A DNA stretch of 59,458 nt from Acidobacteriota bacterium (lineage in GTDB: Bacteria > Acidobacteriota > Thermoanaerobaculia > UBA5066 > Gp7-AA6). Location: the NCBI GenBank assembly GCA_040004075.1, contig JBDUBP010000200.1, positions 1 through 59,458 of the forward strand, given 5' to 3'. The translations under genes were made by a program, and so were the position numbers. Positions within the stretch are counted from its first letter, which is position 1; each line of letters starts with the position of its first letter. Below, one piece after another: positions 40,461 to 53,593 of the stretch. The notes beneath the pieces were generated by a model. That model did no database searches. It was given only the letters and a program-made list of their open reading frames with translations, and had not been told where the DNA came from.

Positions 40461-42881
40461 TCAAGGCGCCTGCAGGGCAGACAACGGGTCGACCGCGGCG
40501 GCCCGGCGGGCGGGGATCCAGATGGCGGCGGTCGAGATCGCCAGGATGATCACGGACACGGAGGCGTAGACCGCGAGGTTTCCCGGCGACACGCCGAAGA
40601 GCGCTCCCGACAGAAGGCGCGAGCAGGGGATCGAGAGGATCAGCCCCGCGGCGACGCCGATGGCCGCGAGAGCCCCGCCCTCCTTCAGCACGAGCCGGAG
40701 GACCGATGCCCTGTCGGCCCCGAGCGCCATCCGGATCCCGATCTCCTGGCGCCGCTGGGCGACGGCGTGCGCCATGACCCCCGAGATCCCGACCGCCGCG
40801 AGCGCCGCGGCGAGAGAGCCGAAGACCAGCGTGACGTGCACGTTCAAACGGCGCGGCGAAAGCGAGTCGGAAACCACCGCACTCATCGGACGGAAAGGCG
40901 AGACGGCCTGCTCGGGATCGACGCGGGCGAGCGCCGAGCGCGCCTCCCCCAGGGCCGTCGCCGCGGTTCCGGGAGAGAGCCGCGCCAGGAAGGACGCGGT
41001 CTTCAGGTGCGGCGCGAACGCGTTCTGCGGCAGCGGCACGTACAGGGTGGGGTTCGCCGCCTCCTCCAGACCGCGGAGCCTCACGTCGCCGACGATGCCG
41101 ACGACCTCCCGCCACATCGGCTCGTCCCCGTACAGCTGGACGCGCCTTCCGATGGGGCTCTCGCCCGGCCAGTGCAGGCGGGCCATGGCCTGGTTCACCA
41201 GGACGACCTTCGGCGCCTGCGCGTCGTCGCGGTCGGTGAAGGCGCGTCCGACGACGAAGGGAATGCGCAGCGTCGCGAAATAGTCCGGCGTCGCGGCCAC
41301 GTAGTCCGCATTGGGCTCGTTTCCTTCCGCGACGGGTCGTCCCTGGACCACGAACGAAGTCGAGTTCGAGAAGCTCGCGAGGGGGATCCGCCCGACGACC
41401 GCCGCGCTTTGAATGCCGCGAATCGCGGAGAGCCGCTCCAGCGCCTCCCGGTAATAGCGCACCTGTTTCGCCGGGTCGGGATAACGCCCCGGCGCGAGCC
41501 CGACGGATGCCGTCCACAGTCCCTCGGGATCGAAGCCCGGCGGAACGTGCTTCAGGCGCAGGAAGCTCGTCAGAAGAAGTCCCGCTCCCGCCGTCAGCAC
41601 GAGCGCCAGCGCGACTTCCGAGATCACGAGCAGGCGCAGGGCGCGATGGTCACCCACGCCACGAGTCGCGCCCCGGCGCCCGCTCTTCAGGTCTTCGCCG
41701 AGCGTGCGCCCGCCGGACCGCAGGGCGGGAGCGATCCCGAAGAGAAGAGCGGTCCCCACCGACACGGCGAGGCCGAAGATCAGGACCCGGACGTCCAGCG
41801 AGATCTCGTCCGCCCGCGGCAGGATTTTGGCGGGCAGGCGCCGGAGGAGGACGCCCGCCGCGGCGGCCAGGCTCACACCGGTCGCGCCACCGGCCACGCC
41901 GAGGAGCAGGCTCTCCGTCAGGAACTGCCGGACGATGCGTCTTCGGCCCGCCCCGAGAGCCGAGCGGATCGCCAGCTCCAGCCGCCGGCCGGCGGCCCGG
42001 ACGAGCAGCAGGTTCGCGACGTTCACGCACGCGATCCCGAGGAGGACCGCGGCGGCGACCTGCAGGATCCATAGCGCCTTTCGGGACCCTCCGACCAGTT
42101 CCTCCCGGAGGGGCTTCAGACGGAAGACCCAACCTGCGTTCGTGTACGCGTATTGTTCGGCGAGACGGCGGCCGATCACTTCGAGCTCGGCATTGGCGCG
42201 CGGCGCCGTGACGCCGGAGCGCATCCGTGCCACCGCCCGCAGGGAATTGTTCCCCCGAAGCTCGTCGGACTTCTGGGGCTGATACGGAATCCAGAGGTCG
42301 GTCTCGGGGGCCGGGTACGCGAGGCGCGGCGGCAGGATTCCGGCGACGAGATATCGCCGCCCGTCGAGGCCGATCGTCCGCCCGACCATGGCGCGATCGC
42401 CTCCGAAGCGGCGCTGCCAGAACCCGTGGCCGAGAACGACGACGTCGGGGCCGCCCGCCTCGCCTTCCGCGGCCGTGAAACCGCGACCGAGAAGGGGTCG
42501 AGCCCGCAGAACCGAGAGGAGCTCCGGGCTGACGCGCGCGCCTTCGACGCGCTCGACGGACCTGCCTTCGGTGAGGTTGAAGAGGGCCGTCTTCGAGATG
42601 GCGACGGCCTCGAAGCTCGACGCGCGCCTCAAGTCGGTGAAGTTCGGGTACGAAATCGGAGCGTTCTCGGTCTGGAGCGCCGGCTGCGCGCCCCGCAGCA
42701 GATACAGGTCCTCGGAGCGCGGGTAGGGGAGCGGGCGAAGCAGGACGGCGTTGACGAGCGAGAACACCGTCGCGTTGGCGCCGATCCCGAGCGCGAGTGT
42801 GCCGACCGCGACGAGCGCGAATCCCGGCTGGCGAAACAGGCCCCGCGCGGCAAACCGCAGATCCCGGAGAAAGGAGCGCAT
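40461..42881 (-). CDS. ABC transporter permease, duplicated FtsX/MacB-type (ADOP-family pattern)
   Basis: 806 aa. N-terminus MRSFLRDLRFAARGLFRQPGFALVAVGTLALGIGANATVFS followed by two MacB-periplasmic plus FtsX halves. No ATPase gene is adjacent. ATG 42881 is in frame (2421 nt). Confidence 0.85.
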   Translation of the reverse strand: MRSFLRDLRFAARGLFRQPGFALVAVGTLALGIGANATVFSLVNAVLLRPLPYPRSEDLYLLRGAQPALQTENAPISYPNFTDLRRASSFEAVAISKTALFNLTEGRSVERVEGARVSPELLSVLRARPLLGRGFTAAEGEAGGPDVVVLGHGFWQRRFGGDRAMVGRTIGLDGRRYLVAGILPPRLAYPAPETDLWIPYQPQKSDELRGNNSLRAVARMRSGVTAPRANAELEVIGRRLAEQYAYTNAGWVFRLKPLREELVGGSRKALWILQVAAAVLLGIACVNVANLLLVRAAGRRLELAIRSALGAGRRRIVRQFLTESLLLGVAGGATGVSLAAAAGVLLRRLPAKILPRADEISLDVRVLIFGLAVSVGTALLFGIAPALRSGGRTLGEDLKSGRRGATRGVGDHRALRLLVISEVALALVLTAGAGLLLTSFLRLKHVPPGFDPEGLWTASVGLAPGRYPDPAKQVRYYREALERLSAIRGIQSAAVVGRIPLASFSNSTSFVVQGRPVAEGNEPNADYVAATPDYFATLRIPFVVGRAFTDRDDAQAPKVVLVNQAMARLHWPGESPIGRRVQLYGDEPMWREVVGIVGDVRLRGLEEAANPTLYVPLPQNAFAPHLKTASFLARLSPGTAATALGEARSALARVDPEQAVSPFRPMSAVVSDSLSPRRLNVHVTLVFGSLAAALAAVGISGVMAHAVAQRRQEIGIRMALGADRASVLRLVLKEGGALAAIGVAAGLILSIPCSRLLSGALFGVSPGNLAVYASVSVIILAISTAAIWIPARRAAAVDPLSALQAP

Positions 42882-42892
42882 CGAGTTTCCCT

Positions 42893-43462
42893 TCAGTAGA
42901 GCCGGACGGGAAGAAGAGAGGCCGGACCGGGCGAGTGCCCCAGGATCCGGCGGCGTTCGACGATCTGCTCGATGTGGCGTTCGCCGTGGTCGGCGTACAG
43001 CTCGAGCAGCTGGCGGAGAGTGACGGGTCCCCACTCCGGATGGCGGCCTTCGCGGACCCAGTCGGCCCCGGTGGCCTCTCCGAGGATGGCCGCCGCTGTC
43101 TCCCGGAGGTTGCGGAAGGCGTGGAGGGAGGCGCGCCGGAAGGAGGCATCGCGTTTCCCGTAGTCGAGGCCGGCCGCCCAGACCGACTCGTCGTATCCCG
43201 GAAGCACGGGATCTCTTTCCATCAGAACTTTCCGGAAGCGGACCGCTCCCACGATCTCGGAGTCAAAAACGTGGATCGCGATCTCCTGGATCGACCATTT
43301 TCCGGCGACCGGATGCGACCGCAGCTCGGCATCCGTGAGTCCGTCGAGCGCCTGGACGAGCCGGTCGGGGGCGGCCGCGTAGGTCTCCAGCAGGCTCGCC
43401 GTCGAAAGCGAGGCATAGGCCGAGGGAAATCCCGAATCCGTCGCCTCTTCTGCGTGGCGCAT
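42893..43462 (-). CDS. DinB family protein
   Basis: Sequence KWSIQEIAIHVFDSEIV...LLELYADHGERHIEQI. AGGAGG lies 7 nt upstream of ATG 43462. Confidence 0.8.
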   Translation of the reverse strand: MRHAEEATDSGFPSAYASLSTASLLETYAAAPDRLVQALDGLTDAELRSHPVAGKWSIQEIAIHVFDSEIVGAVRFRKVLMERDPVLPGYDESVWAAGLDYGKRDASFRRASLHAFRNLRETAAAILGEATGADWVREGRHPEWGPVTLRQLLELYADHGERHIEQIVERRRILGHSPGPASLLPVRLY

Positions 43463-43522
43463 GTCCGTTCCTCCTGCCCGCACAGGCTGGCCCTTCCGTC
43501 ACCATTAGTCCAATTCTTTGTT

Positions 43523-43539
43523 TTCATGTGATTGATGAA
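43523..43539. promoter_or_regulatory. inverted repeat TTCAT-N7-ATGAA in the DinB/LysR divergent region (candidate LysR-type operator)
   Basis: TTCATGTGATTGATGAA lies 28 nt upstream of the LysR ATG and fits the loose T-N11-A architecture. Confidence 0.35.
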
Positions 43540-43566
43540 CTATGCTCATGCGATTCCGGAGGACCG

Positions 43567-44529
43567 ATGGAGCTCGAAATCCGTCACCTGAAGCTGCTCG
43601 TCACGGTCTCGGAGGAGGGGTCTCTGACCGGCGCGGCGCGGCGGCTCAACCTGACGCAATCCGCCCTGAGCCACCAGCTTCGAGACGCGGAGCGCGGGCT
43701 CGGCCGCGCGCTCTTCCTGCGCGACAGCCGGCGCATGGTCCTGACGAGCGCCGGCCGCCGGCTCCTCGCCGAGGCCCGCGCGGTCGTCGACGAGCTCGAC
43801 GAGGCGACGCGGGACATCCGCGAAAGCTCCCGCGCGCCGGAGGGAATCCTGCGCCTCGCCACCGAGTGCTACACGTGCTACCACTGGCTGCCCGCCGCCC
43901 TGTCCGGGTTTTCAGCTGCGTTTCCCCGCGTGGAGGTTCAGATCGTCGCCGACGCCACGCGCGAGCCCGTGCCCGCGCTCCTCGACGGGCGCATCGATCT
44001 CGCCATCGTGAGCGATCCGGTCCGGTCGCCGCGCGTTCGCCTGCAGCCGCTTTTCCGCGATCAGCTCGTCGTGGTTCTTGCGCCGGGCCACCGGCTCGCC
44101 GGAGCCTCACGCATCGAGGCCGCCGATTTCGCCGACGAAACGCTGATCACCTACGGAGCGCCGAAGTCCGAACTGACGATCTTTCAGGAGGTCCTCGGGC
44201 CCGCCGGAGTCAAACCGCGGCGGTGGATCCCGATCGAGATCACGGAAGCGATTGTCGAGCTCGTAGCCGCCGGCCAGGGCATCTCGGTGATGGCGAACTG
44301 GGCCGCACGGCCCTACGAGGAGGCCGGCCGGCTCGTCACGCGGCGCCTGACGTCTCGCGGCATTCACCGACAGTGGAGCGCCGCGACCCGGAAGCTGAAG
44401 TCCGCGCCGCCTTACCTCCAGGCGTTCATCCGCGCTCTCGCCAACGGCCGCAAAGACCCTCAGTCGCCCCTCGCCGCTCTCCCCGCCGCGCCGGCCGTGT
44501 CGAGGATCCGCGCGAACCGGGCAGGATGA
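43567..44529 (+). CDS. LysR family transcriptional regulator
   Basis: wHTH region IRHLKLLVTVSEEGSLTGAARRLNLTQSALSHQLRDAE and a LysR substrate-binding fold. SD GGAGG lies upstream of ATG 43567. Confidence 0.85.
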   Translation: MELEIRHLKLLVTVSEEGSLTGAARRLNLTQSALSHQLRDAERGLGRALFLRDSRRMVLTSAGRRLLAEARAVVDELDEATRDIRESSRAPEGILRLATECYTCYHWLPAALSGFSAAFPRVEVQIVADATREPVPALLDGRIDLAIVSDPVRSPRVRLQPLFRDQLVVVLAPGHRLAGASRIEAADFADETLITYGAPKSELTIFQEVLGPAGVKPRRWIPIEITEAIVELVAAGQGISVMANWAARPYEEAGRLVTRRLTSRGIHRQWSAATRKLKSAPPYLQAFIRALANGRKDPQSPLAALPAAPAVSRIRANRAG

Positions 44530-45074
44530 ACGGGGAACGGAGAACTGAGAACGGACAACTCCTTCGCTTTGTTAGACTGACGGCCCTTTTCAGGAGGTGC
44601 TCCCTGTCCATCCTGGGTAAATCCGACGGCAGAAACGTTTCGGAGCCGGCCGGTCCGGCGCGGCCCGCGGGCGGCTCGGGCCCGACCGTCCTCGGCGCGG
44701 GCACGCGGTTCGTGGGGGAGCTCTCCGGGGACGAGGACATCGTCGTCAACGGCCGGTTTCACGGCACCCTCCGCGTCGACCGCCGCGTGACGATCGGCCC
44801 GGAGGGAGACGTCGAGGGAGAAATCTACGCGCGCCAGGTCGTCGTCGGCGGGCGGGTCAAGGGGGACGTCCACGCGGCTGAGCGTGCGGAGCTGACGAGC
44901 TCGGGCGCCGTCGAAGGCAGCGTCCACGCGCCGAAGGTCGTCATCGCGGAGGGCGCCCGGCTCGAGGGGAGCGTCGCGATGTCGGGAGAGAAGGCATACA
45001 CACCTCCGGCGGGTGAGGATCCACCGGAGACGGGCGGACAGGGGGCCTCGCCGGCTCCCACGCAGTCCAACTGA
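44526..45074 (+). CDS. bactofilin (polymer-forming cytoskeletal protein); start ambiguous (ATG 44526 versus CTG 44604)
   Basis: Beta-helix repeats (RFVGELSGDEDIVVNGRFHGTLRVDRRVTIGPEGDVEGEIYARQVVVGGRVKGDVHAAERAELTSSGAVEGSVHAPKVVIAEGARLEGSV). Confidence 0.7.
   Translation: MNGERRTENGQLLRFVRLTALFRRCSLSILGKSDGRNVSEPAGPARPAGGSGPTVLGAGTRFVGELSGDEDIVVNGRFHGTLRVDRRVTIGPEGDVEGEIYARQVVVGGRVKGDVHAAERAELTSSGAVEGSVHAPKVVIAEGARLEGSVAMSGEKAYTPPAGEDPPETGGQGASPAPTQSN
44532..44559 (+). repeat. heptamer array NNNGAAC x4 (GGGGAAC GGAGAAC TGAGAAC GGACAAC)
   Basis: Exact 7-nt period. It lies inside the longest bactofilin ORF. Confidence 0.8.
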
Positions 45075-45089
45075 GTCCGAAGGAGCGCT

Positions 45090-46607
45090 ATGGCCACGGA
45101 GCTGGCGGTGGAGACGGAGCGGAATCTGATCGGGGGGCAATGGGTGCCCGCGGCTTCCGGAAAGACGTTCGAGAATCGAAATCCGGCCGACAGGAACGAC
45201 CTCGTCGGGGTGTTTCCGGAGAGCGACCGCCGGGACGTCGACGCCGCCGTGGCCGCCGCGAAAAAGGCGTTTCCGGCGTGGCGCGACACGCCCGCGCCGC
45301 GGCGCGGGGAAATCCTCTACGCCGCCGGTGAGATCTTAAAACGCGACAAAGAGAAGCTCGCGAGGCTGATGACCCGCGAGATGGGAAAGGTCCTCGCCGA
45401 GACGCGCGGCGACGTGCAGGAAGCGATCGACATGGCGTTTCTCGCCGCGGGAGAAGGCCGGCGCCTGTTTGGCTTTACGACGCCTTCGGAGCTGTCGAAC
45501 AAATTCGCCATGTGCATCCGGCAGCCGGTGGGCGTCTGCGCCTTCGTCACGCCCTGGAACTTCCCGATGGCGATCCCGGCGTGGAAGGGGATGGCCGCGC
45601 TGATTGCGGGAAACACCGTCGTAATCAAGCCGGCGACGGACACTCCCGCCTCGGTCGTCGCGCTCGCCCGTATCTTCGAGGAAGCGGGCCTGCCGCCGGG
45701 CGCATGGAACGTCGTCATGGGATCCGGAGGGGCGGTGGGCGATCCGCTCGTCTCGCACCCCGATGTCAAGGTCGTCTCCTTCACCGGCTCGACGGAAGTC
45801 GGCCGCCGCATCTCGGTCGCGTGCGCGCCCACTTTCAAACGGGTCCACCTCGAGATGGGGGGGAAGAACGCGATCCTGGTGATGGACGACGCCGACGTGG
45901 AGCTGTCGGTCGAAGGCGCGCTCTGGGGCGCGTTCGGCACGACGGGTCAGCGGTGCACCGCTTCGTCGCGGCTCCTCGTCCACCGCAAGGTTTACGACGC
46001 GTTCGTGTCCAGGCTCGTCGACGGAGCGAAGGCACTTCGCGTGGGCAACGGGCTCGAGCCGGGCAGCATCGACGTGGGACCGTGCGTGTCGGAGCGCCAG
46101 CGCGAGAGCGTGATGAAGTACATCGAGATCGGGAAGCAGGAAGGGGCAAACCTCCTGTGCGGGGGAGAGAAGCTCGCTTCGGGCGATCTGTCCCGGGGCT
46201 GGTTTCTCTCCCCGGCCGTGTTCGCTGACGCCGACGCGAAGATGCGCGTCGCGTGCGAGGAGATCTTTGGCCCGGTGACGACGGTCGTCCCGATCGATTC
46301 GCTCGAAGAGGGCATCCGGATCGCCAATTCCGTCCCCTACGGCCTGTCCGGATCCATCTACACGCAGGACGTCAACAAGGCCTTCACCGCCATGCGCGAA
46401 TTCGAGACGGGGCTCTTCTACGTGAATTCGTCGACGATCGGCGCGGAAGTGCACCTCCCGTTCGGCGGGATGAAGGACACAGGCAACGGGCACCGGGAGG
46501 CGGGGATCGCGGGCCTCGACGTGTTCACGGAGTGGAAGAGCATCTACGTCGACTTCTCGGGCAAGCTCCAGAGGGCGCAGATCGACACGCACGAGAGCGC
46601 GGACTAA
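45090..46607 (+). CDS. NAD(P)-dependent aldehyde dehydrogenase
   Basis: Motifs [32 protein letters not shown] and EEIFGPV. SD GAAGGAG. Confidence 0.9.
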   Translation: MATELAVETERNLIGGQWVPAASGKTFENRNPADRNDLVGVFPESDRRDVDAAVAAAKKAFPAWRDTPAPRRGEILYAAGEILKRDKEKLARLMTREMGKVLAETRGDVQEAIDMAFLAAGEGRRLFGFTTPSELSNKFAMCIRQPVGVCAFVTPWNFPMAIPAWKGMAALIAGNTVVIKPATDTPASVVALARIFEEAGLPPGAWNVVMGSGGAVGDPLVSHPDVKVVSFTGSTEVGRRISVACAPTFKRVHLEMGGKNAILVMDDADVELSVEGALWGAFGTTGQRCTASSRLLVHRKVYDAFVSRLVDGAKALRVGNGLEPGSIDVGPCVSERQRESVMKYIEIGKQEGANLLCGGEKLASGDLSRGWFLSPAVFADADAKMRVACEEIFGPVTTVVPIDSLEEGIRIANSVPYGLSGSIYTQDVNKAFTAMREFETGLFYVNSSTIGAEVHLPFGGMKDTGNGHREAGIAGLDVFTEWKSIYVDFSGKLQRAQIDTHESAD

Positions 46608-46616
46608 GAAAGAGCC

Positions 46617-46653
46617 GTCAGCTGTCAGCAGTCAGCAGTCAGCTCTCAGCTCC
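46617..46653 (+). repeat. heptamer array, NNNTCAG type x5 (GTCAGCT GTCAGCA GTCAGCA GTCAGCT CTCAGCT)
   Basis: TCAG occurs at 46618, 46625, 46632, 46639 and 46646. Confidence 0.9.
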
Positions 46654-46673
46654 TCGAATCGAGCGAACACATA

Positions 46674-46700
46674 ACGGATAACTGATGACTCACAACTGAG
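46674..46700 (+). repeat. heptamer array, CTGANNN type (degenerate)
   Basis: CTGA/CTCA occur at 46682, 46689 and 46696. Confidence 0.65.
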
Positions 46701-46706
46701 GATTTC

Positions 46707-47831
46707 ATGATCGTCGGACTGCCGAAGGAGATCAAGGACAACGAGAACCGGGTGGCGCTGGTCCCGGCGGGCGTGCGCGCGCTGACCGGATTCGGCCATG
46801 AGGTCGTCGTCGAGCAGGGCGCGGGGGTCGGCTCGGGGATCGCCGACGCCGAGTACGTCTCTGCGGGCGCGAAGATGCTCCCCTCCGCCGACGACGTCTT
46901 CGCCCGAGCCGACATGATCGTGAAGGTGAAGGAGCCGGTCGGTCCCGAGTACCGGAGGCTGCGGTCAGGACAGATCCTTTACACCTACCTTCATCTCGCG
47001 CCCGCCCGGGAGCTCACATCGATGCTTCTCGAGCGCGGCGTCGCGGGCGTCGCCTACGAGACGATTACCGGCGCCAACGGGTCGCTCCCGCTGCTGACCC
47101 CGATGTCGGAGGTCGCTGGACGGATGAGCGTTCACGTCGGCGCCTTCTACCTTCAGAAGAGCAATGGCGGCAGGGGAGTGCTTCTGTCCGGAGTCCCGGG
47201 AGTTCCTCCGGCCGACGTGGTCATCATCGGCGGGGGCGTCGTCGGGACCAATGCGGCGAAGATCGCCGCCGGCATGGGGGCTGACGTCACGATCCTCGAG
47301 ATGTCGCCCGATCGGATGCGGGAGCTCGACGACATCTTCTTCGGCCGCGTCAAGACGGTGGCTTCTAACGCGCAGACCCTGGAAGAGGGCTGCCGGCGCG
47401 CGGATCTTCTCGTCGGCGCCGTGCTGATCCCCGGAGCCGCCGCGCCGAAGCTCGTCAGCCGGCACCTGATCTCCCAGATGAAGAAGGGAGCCGTGGCCGT
47501 GGACGTGGCCGTCGACCAGGGCGGTTGCTTCGAGACCACGCACGCGACGACGCACTCCGATCCGGTCTACACGGTCGACGGCGTCATCCACTACTGCGTC
47601 GCGAACATGCCGGGCGCGGTCGCCCGGACCTCCACCTTCGCGCTGACCAACTCGACCCTGCGCTATGCGCTCGAGCTCGCCAACAAGGGCATCGAGCGGG
47701 CGGTCGCGGAGAACCCGCATCTCGCGGCGGGGGTGAACACGTTCGGCGGCAAGCTGACGTATCGGGCCGTGGCGCAGGCCCAGGGTCGTCCGCACACGCC
47801 GCTCGCGGAGGCAATTGCGGGGAAGAAGTAG
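46707..47831 (+). CDS. ald: alanine dehydrogenase
   Basis: Begins [23 protein letters not shown]. Rossmann motif [17 protein letters not shown]. Also [11 protein letters not shown]. Confidence 0.9.
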   Translation: MIVGLPKEIKDNENRVALVPAGVRALTGFGHEVVVEQGAGVGSGIADAEYVSAGAKMLPSADDVFARADMIVKVKEPVGPEYRRLRSGQILYTYLHLAPARELTSMLLERGVAGVAYETITGANGSLPLLTPMSEVAGRMSVHVGAFYLQKSNGGRGVLLSGVPGVPPADVVIIGGGVVGTNAAKIAAGMGADVTILEMSPDRMRELDDIFFGRVKTVASNAQTLEEGCRRADLLVGAVLIPGAAAPKLVSRHLISQMKKGAVAVDVAVDQGGCFETTHATTHSDPVYTVDGVIHYCVANMPGAVARTSTFALTNSTLRYALELANKGIERAVAENPHLAAGVNTFGGKLTYRAVAQAQGRPHTPLAEAIAGKK

Positions 47832-47867
47832 CTGTCAGCTCTCCGTCGGGAAACGGGAAACGAACCG
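47831..47867 (+). repeat. short heptamer arrays after the ald stop (CTGTCAG CTCTCCG ... CGGGAAA CGGGAAA CGAACCG)
   Basis: Read directly. Confidence 0.6.
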
Positions 47868-47947
47868 GGGGCCGGTCCCCGATTCAGCGGAACGAACCAT
47901 TCGTGCCTCGCCATAGAATCTGTCCTCCAGTTCCATAAGGAGGACTT

Positions 47948-51154
<3,207 letters not shown>

Positions 51155-51181
51155 TCCGCCGCTTCCGCTCGCTGCGATGCC

Positions 51182-52252
51182 TCACGCTGGCGTGTCCACC
51201 AGCGTGGGCGCGCCCGAGCGGTATGAGGAAATCGCCTCGATCAGCCGCTCCATGTCGGCGGGAATCGGAGCGACGATCTCGAGCGGCTCGTTCGACTCGG
51301 GATGCCGGAACTCGATCCTTTCCGCATGGAGCGCCTGACGGGAAAATGCCCGCAGCGTCTTTTCGAGCCTGGTGCCGCGGATGCGCTCGTAGCGCGGCCG
51401 TCCGTACACCGGATCTCCCACGATCGGGAGCCCCGCGGCCGCCAGGTGCACGCGGATCTGGTGCGTTCGTCCGGTGACGAGCCGGCAGCGTAAGAGCGTC
51501 AGGCCGCGGTCGAACCACTCCCGCTCGATCTCGAAGAGCGTCTTCGCCGTCCGAATGCCCGCGGGAAGGGTCTGCGCGGCGTCTTCCGCGTCGTCGGCGC
51601 GCTCACGACCCCCGGGCGGATAGCTGACAGCGGACAGCTGAGAGCTTTTGAACGCCTTCATCTTCTTGCGGTCGCGCGGATCCCGGCCGATCGAGAGGGT
51701 GACGTCGCCTTTGCGGACCCGGGGGACTCCCGCGACGATCGCGAGGTATTCCTTGCGCATCTGCCGCCGCTTCATCTGGCGGGAGAGGGACGTGTGCGCG
51801 AGATCCGATTTCGCGACGAGCAGAACGCCGGACGTGTCCCTGTCGAGCCGGTGCACGATGCCGGGCCGGACCTCGCCGCCGATTCCCGCGAGGTCCCGGA
51901 CGTGGTGGAGAAGCGCGTTGACGAGCGTCCCGGACCCGTGTCCCGGCGAGGGATGCACGACGAGGCCGGGCGGCTTGTCGATCGCGATGAGATGCTCGTC
52001 CTCGTAGAGGATCGAAAGGGGGATTTCCTCCGGCTGGATCGCGATCGATCGGGGCTCCGGGACGTCCACCTCGATCCAGTCGCCCGCCTTGACCGGCCGG
52101 GACCTGCGGACGGGGGCCCCCGATACCGTCACCGCCCCCTCCTCGATCAGCTTCTGAACTCGGGAGCGTGAGAGGTCCGAGCAGGTTCCGGCGAGAAAGA
52201 GATCCAGGCGCGTGCCGGCCGAGGGCTGGCCGACCTGGAAGCGGCGGATCAG
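51182..52252 (-). CDS. rluD: 23S rRNA pseudouridine synthase RluD family, carrying a ~31-aa insertion; probable CTG start
   Basis: S4 domain (RLDLFLAG...SRSRVQKLIEEGAVTVSG). Catalytic motif GIVHRLDRDTSGVLLVAK. Also TGRTHQIRVHLA. AGGAGG lies 7 nt upstream of CTG 52252. There is no ATG/GTG/TTG in frame for more than 60 codons upstream. Confidence 0.8.
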   Translation of the reverse strand: MIRRFQVGQPSAGTRLDLFLAGTCSDLSRSRVQKLIEEGAVTVSGAPVRRSRPVKAGDWIEVDVPEPRSIAIQPEEIPLSILYEDEHLIAIDKPPGLVVHPSPGHGSGTLVNALLHHVRDLAGIGGEVRPGIVHRLDRDTSGVLLVAKSDLAHTSLSRQMKRRQMRKEYLAIVAGVPRVRKGDVTLSIGRDPRDRKKMKAFKSSQLSAVSYPPGGRERADDAEDAAQTLPAGIRTAKTLFEIEREWFDRGLTLLRCRLVTGRTHQIRVHLAAAGLPIVGDPVYGRPRYERIRGTRLEKTLRAFSRQALHAERIEFRHPESNEPLEIVAPIPADMERLIEAISSYRSGAPTLVDTPA

Positions 52253-53043
52253 CTGCGGACCTCCTGCACCCGGCCGCGACGGGACAGGAGGATCAGCATC
52301 CCGACGGACGCGAGCGCGACGAGCAGGCCGATGAACTGCGAGGTGGAGAGCAGGCCCGGCACCACGAAGCCCCGCACGAGGTCGCCGCGCCAGATCTCGA
52401 GGATGCCGCGGGTGATCGAGTACAGAAGGAGATAAGTCCAGAACACTTCCCCGTCGAAGGTGCGGCGTTTGTAGAGCCACTGGAGGATCAGGAAGATCAC
52501 GAAAGCGTTCAGCGACAGATAGAGCTGCGTCGGATGGAGCGGCACGTTGAGCGGAGTCCCGACCGCCTCGTGGGCGAACGGGTCGGTGAAGGTGACGCCG
52601 AGAGGTCCCGACGTTTCCTTCCCGTAACAGCATCCCGCGGCGAAGCACCCCCAGCGCCCGATCGCCTCGCCGAGCGCGATCGCGGGCGCCCCCATGTCGG
52701 TGACCTTCCAGGCCGGCAGGCGATGTTTGCGCAGATACCAGATCCCCACGGCCGACGCGCAGATGAGTCCGCCGTAGAAGACGCCGCCGGAGCGCAGCAC
52801 GTCGATCAGGTCCCGGGGCCGATCCATGTAGTGTTTCCACTCGACGATCACGAGCAGGGCCTTCGCGCCGAGGATCGCCGAAGCGAGGAGGTAGAGCGAC
52901 AGGTCGAAGACCTTCTGTTCGGGGAGTCCCGCGGCCAGCGCTTTCCTGCGCAGGAACCAGGTCGCGGTCAGGTACGCGATCGCGAGGGTGACGCCGTACG
53001 TCGGAAGATAGAACGACCCGATGTGAATCAGACGGGGAAACAT
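52249..53043 (-). CDS. lgt: prolipoprotein diacylglyceryl transferase
   Basis: Sequence MFPRLIHIGSFYLPTYGVTLAIAYL...RWGCFAAGCCYGK...HPTQLY. Confidence 0.9.
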   Translation of the reverse strand: MFPRLIHIGSFYLPTYGVTLAIAYLTATWFLRRKALAAGLPEQKVFDLSLYLLASAILGAKALLVIVEWKHYMDRPRDLIDVLRSGGVFYGGLICASAVGIWYLRKHRLPAWKVTDMGAPAIALGEAIGRWGCFAAGCCYGKETSGPLGVTFTDPFAHEAVGTPLNVPLHPTQLYLSLNAFVIFLILQWLYKRRTFDGEVFWTYLLLYSITRGILEIWRGDLVRGFVVPGLLSTSQFIGLLVALASVGMLILLSRRGRVQEVRS

Positions 53044-53047
53044 CGGG

Positions 53048-53593
53048 TCAGAGCCGGGGCGGTTCGGCAGCGCGAGGCTCCTGGCGGTCCTCGTCCTCGG
53101 TGCGCAGCATGTCGAGGAAGAGCAGGCCGACCCCGATGCAGATGGCGGAGTCCGCGACGTTGAACGCGGGCCAGTGATGGCCCGAGATCGAAAAATCGAT
53201 GAAGTCGACGACGTATCCAAAGCGCACCCGGTCGAGAAGGTTCCCGACGGCGCCCCCGAGGATCAGCGCGAACCCGAGCTGGAGCCGGATGCTCTTGTGC
53301 GAAGAGCGCAGGGCGTACGCCGACACGACGAGGAACACGAGCACGGCCACGCTGTTCAGGACGATCGCCTTGATCGAGGAATCGACCGACGCGAAGAGGC
53401 CGAACGCTGCGCCGCTGTTGCGGACATAGGTCAGGTCGAAAAGATTCGTGATCACGGAGGCGGATTGGTGGACCTCGAAGGAGCGGGTGATGAGCCCCTT
53501 GCTCCACTGGTCGAGCAGGAGAACGCCGAGCGAGACGAGAAAGTAGCCCGTCCGGTAGAGGGCGCTCTCGCGAATCCGGGGAAAGCGCGTCAT
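53048..53593 (-). CDS. lspA: lipoprotein signal peptidase II
   Basis: Motifs [20 protein letters not shown] and [15 protein letters not shown] overlap with the ileS stop. Confidence 0.9.
   Translation of the reverse strand: MTRFPRIRESALYRTGYFLVSLGVLLLDQWSKGLITRSFEVHQSASVITNLFDLTYVRNSGAAFGLFASVDSSIKAIVLNSVAVLVFLVVSAYALRSSHKSIRLQLGFALILGGAVGNLLDRVRFGYVVDFIDFSISGHHWPAFNVADSAICIGVGLLFLDMLRTEDEDRQEPRAAEPPRL

Noticed and set aside
43483-43484. Alternative DinB start at 43483 (the ORF-track start).
   Set aside because: ATG 43462 is preceded by AGGAGG at ideal spacing, whereas 43483 has no SD. The difference is only 7 codons.
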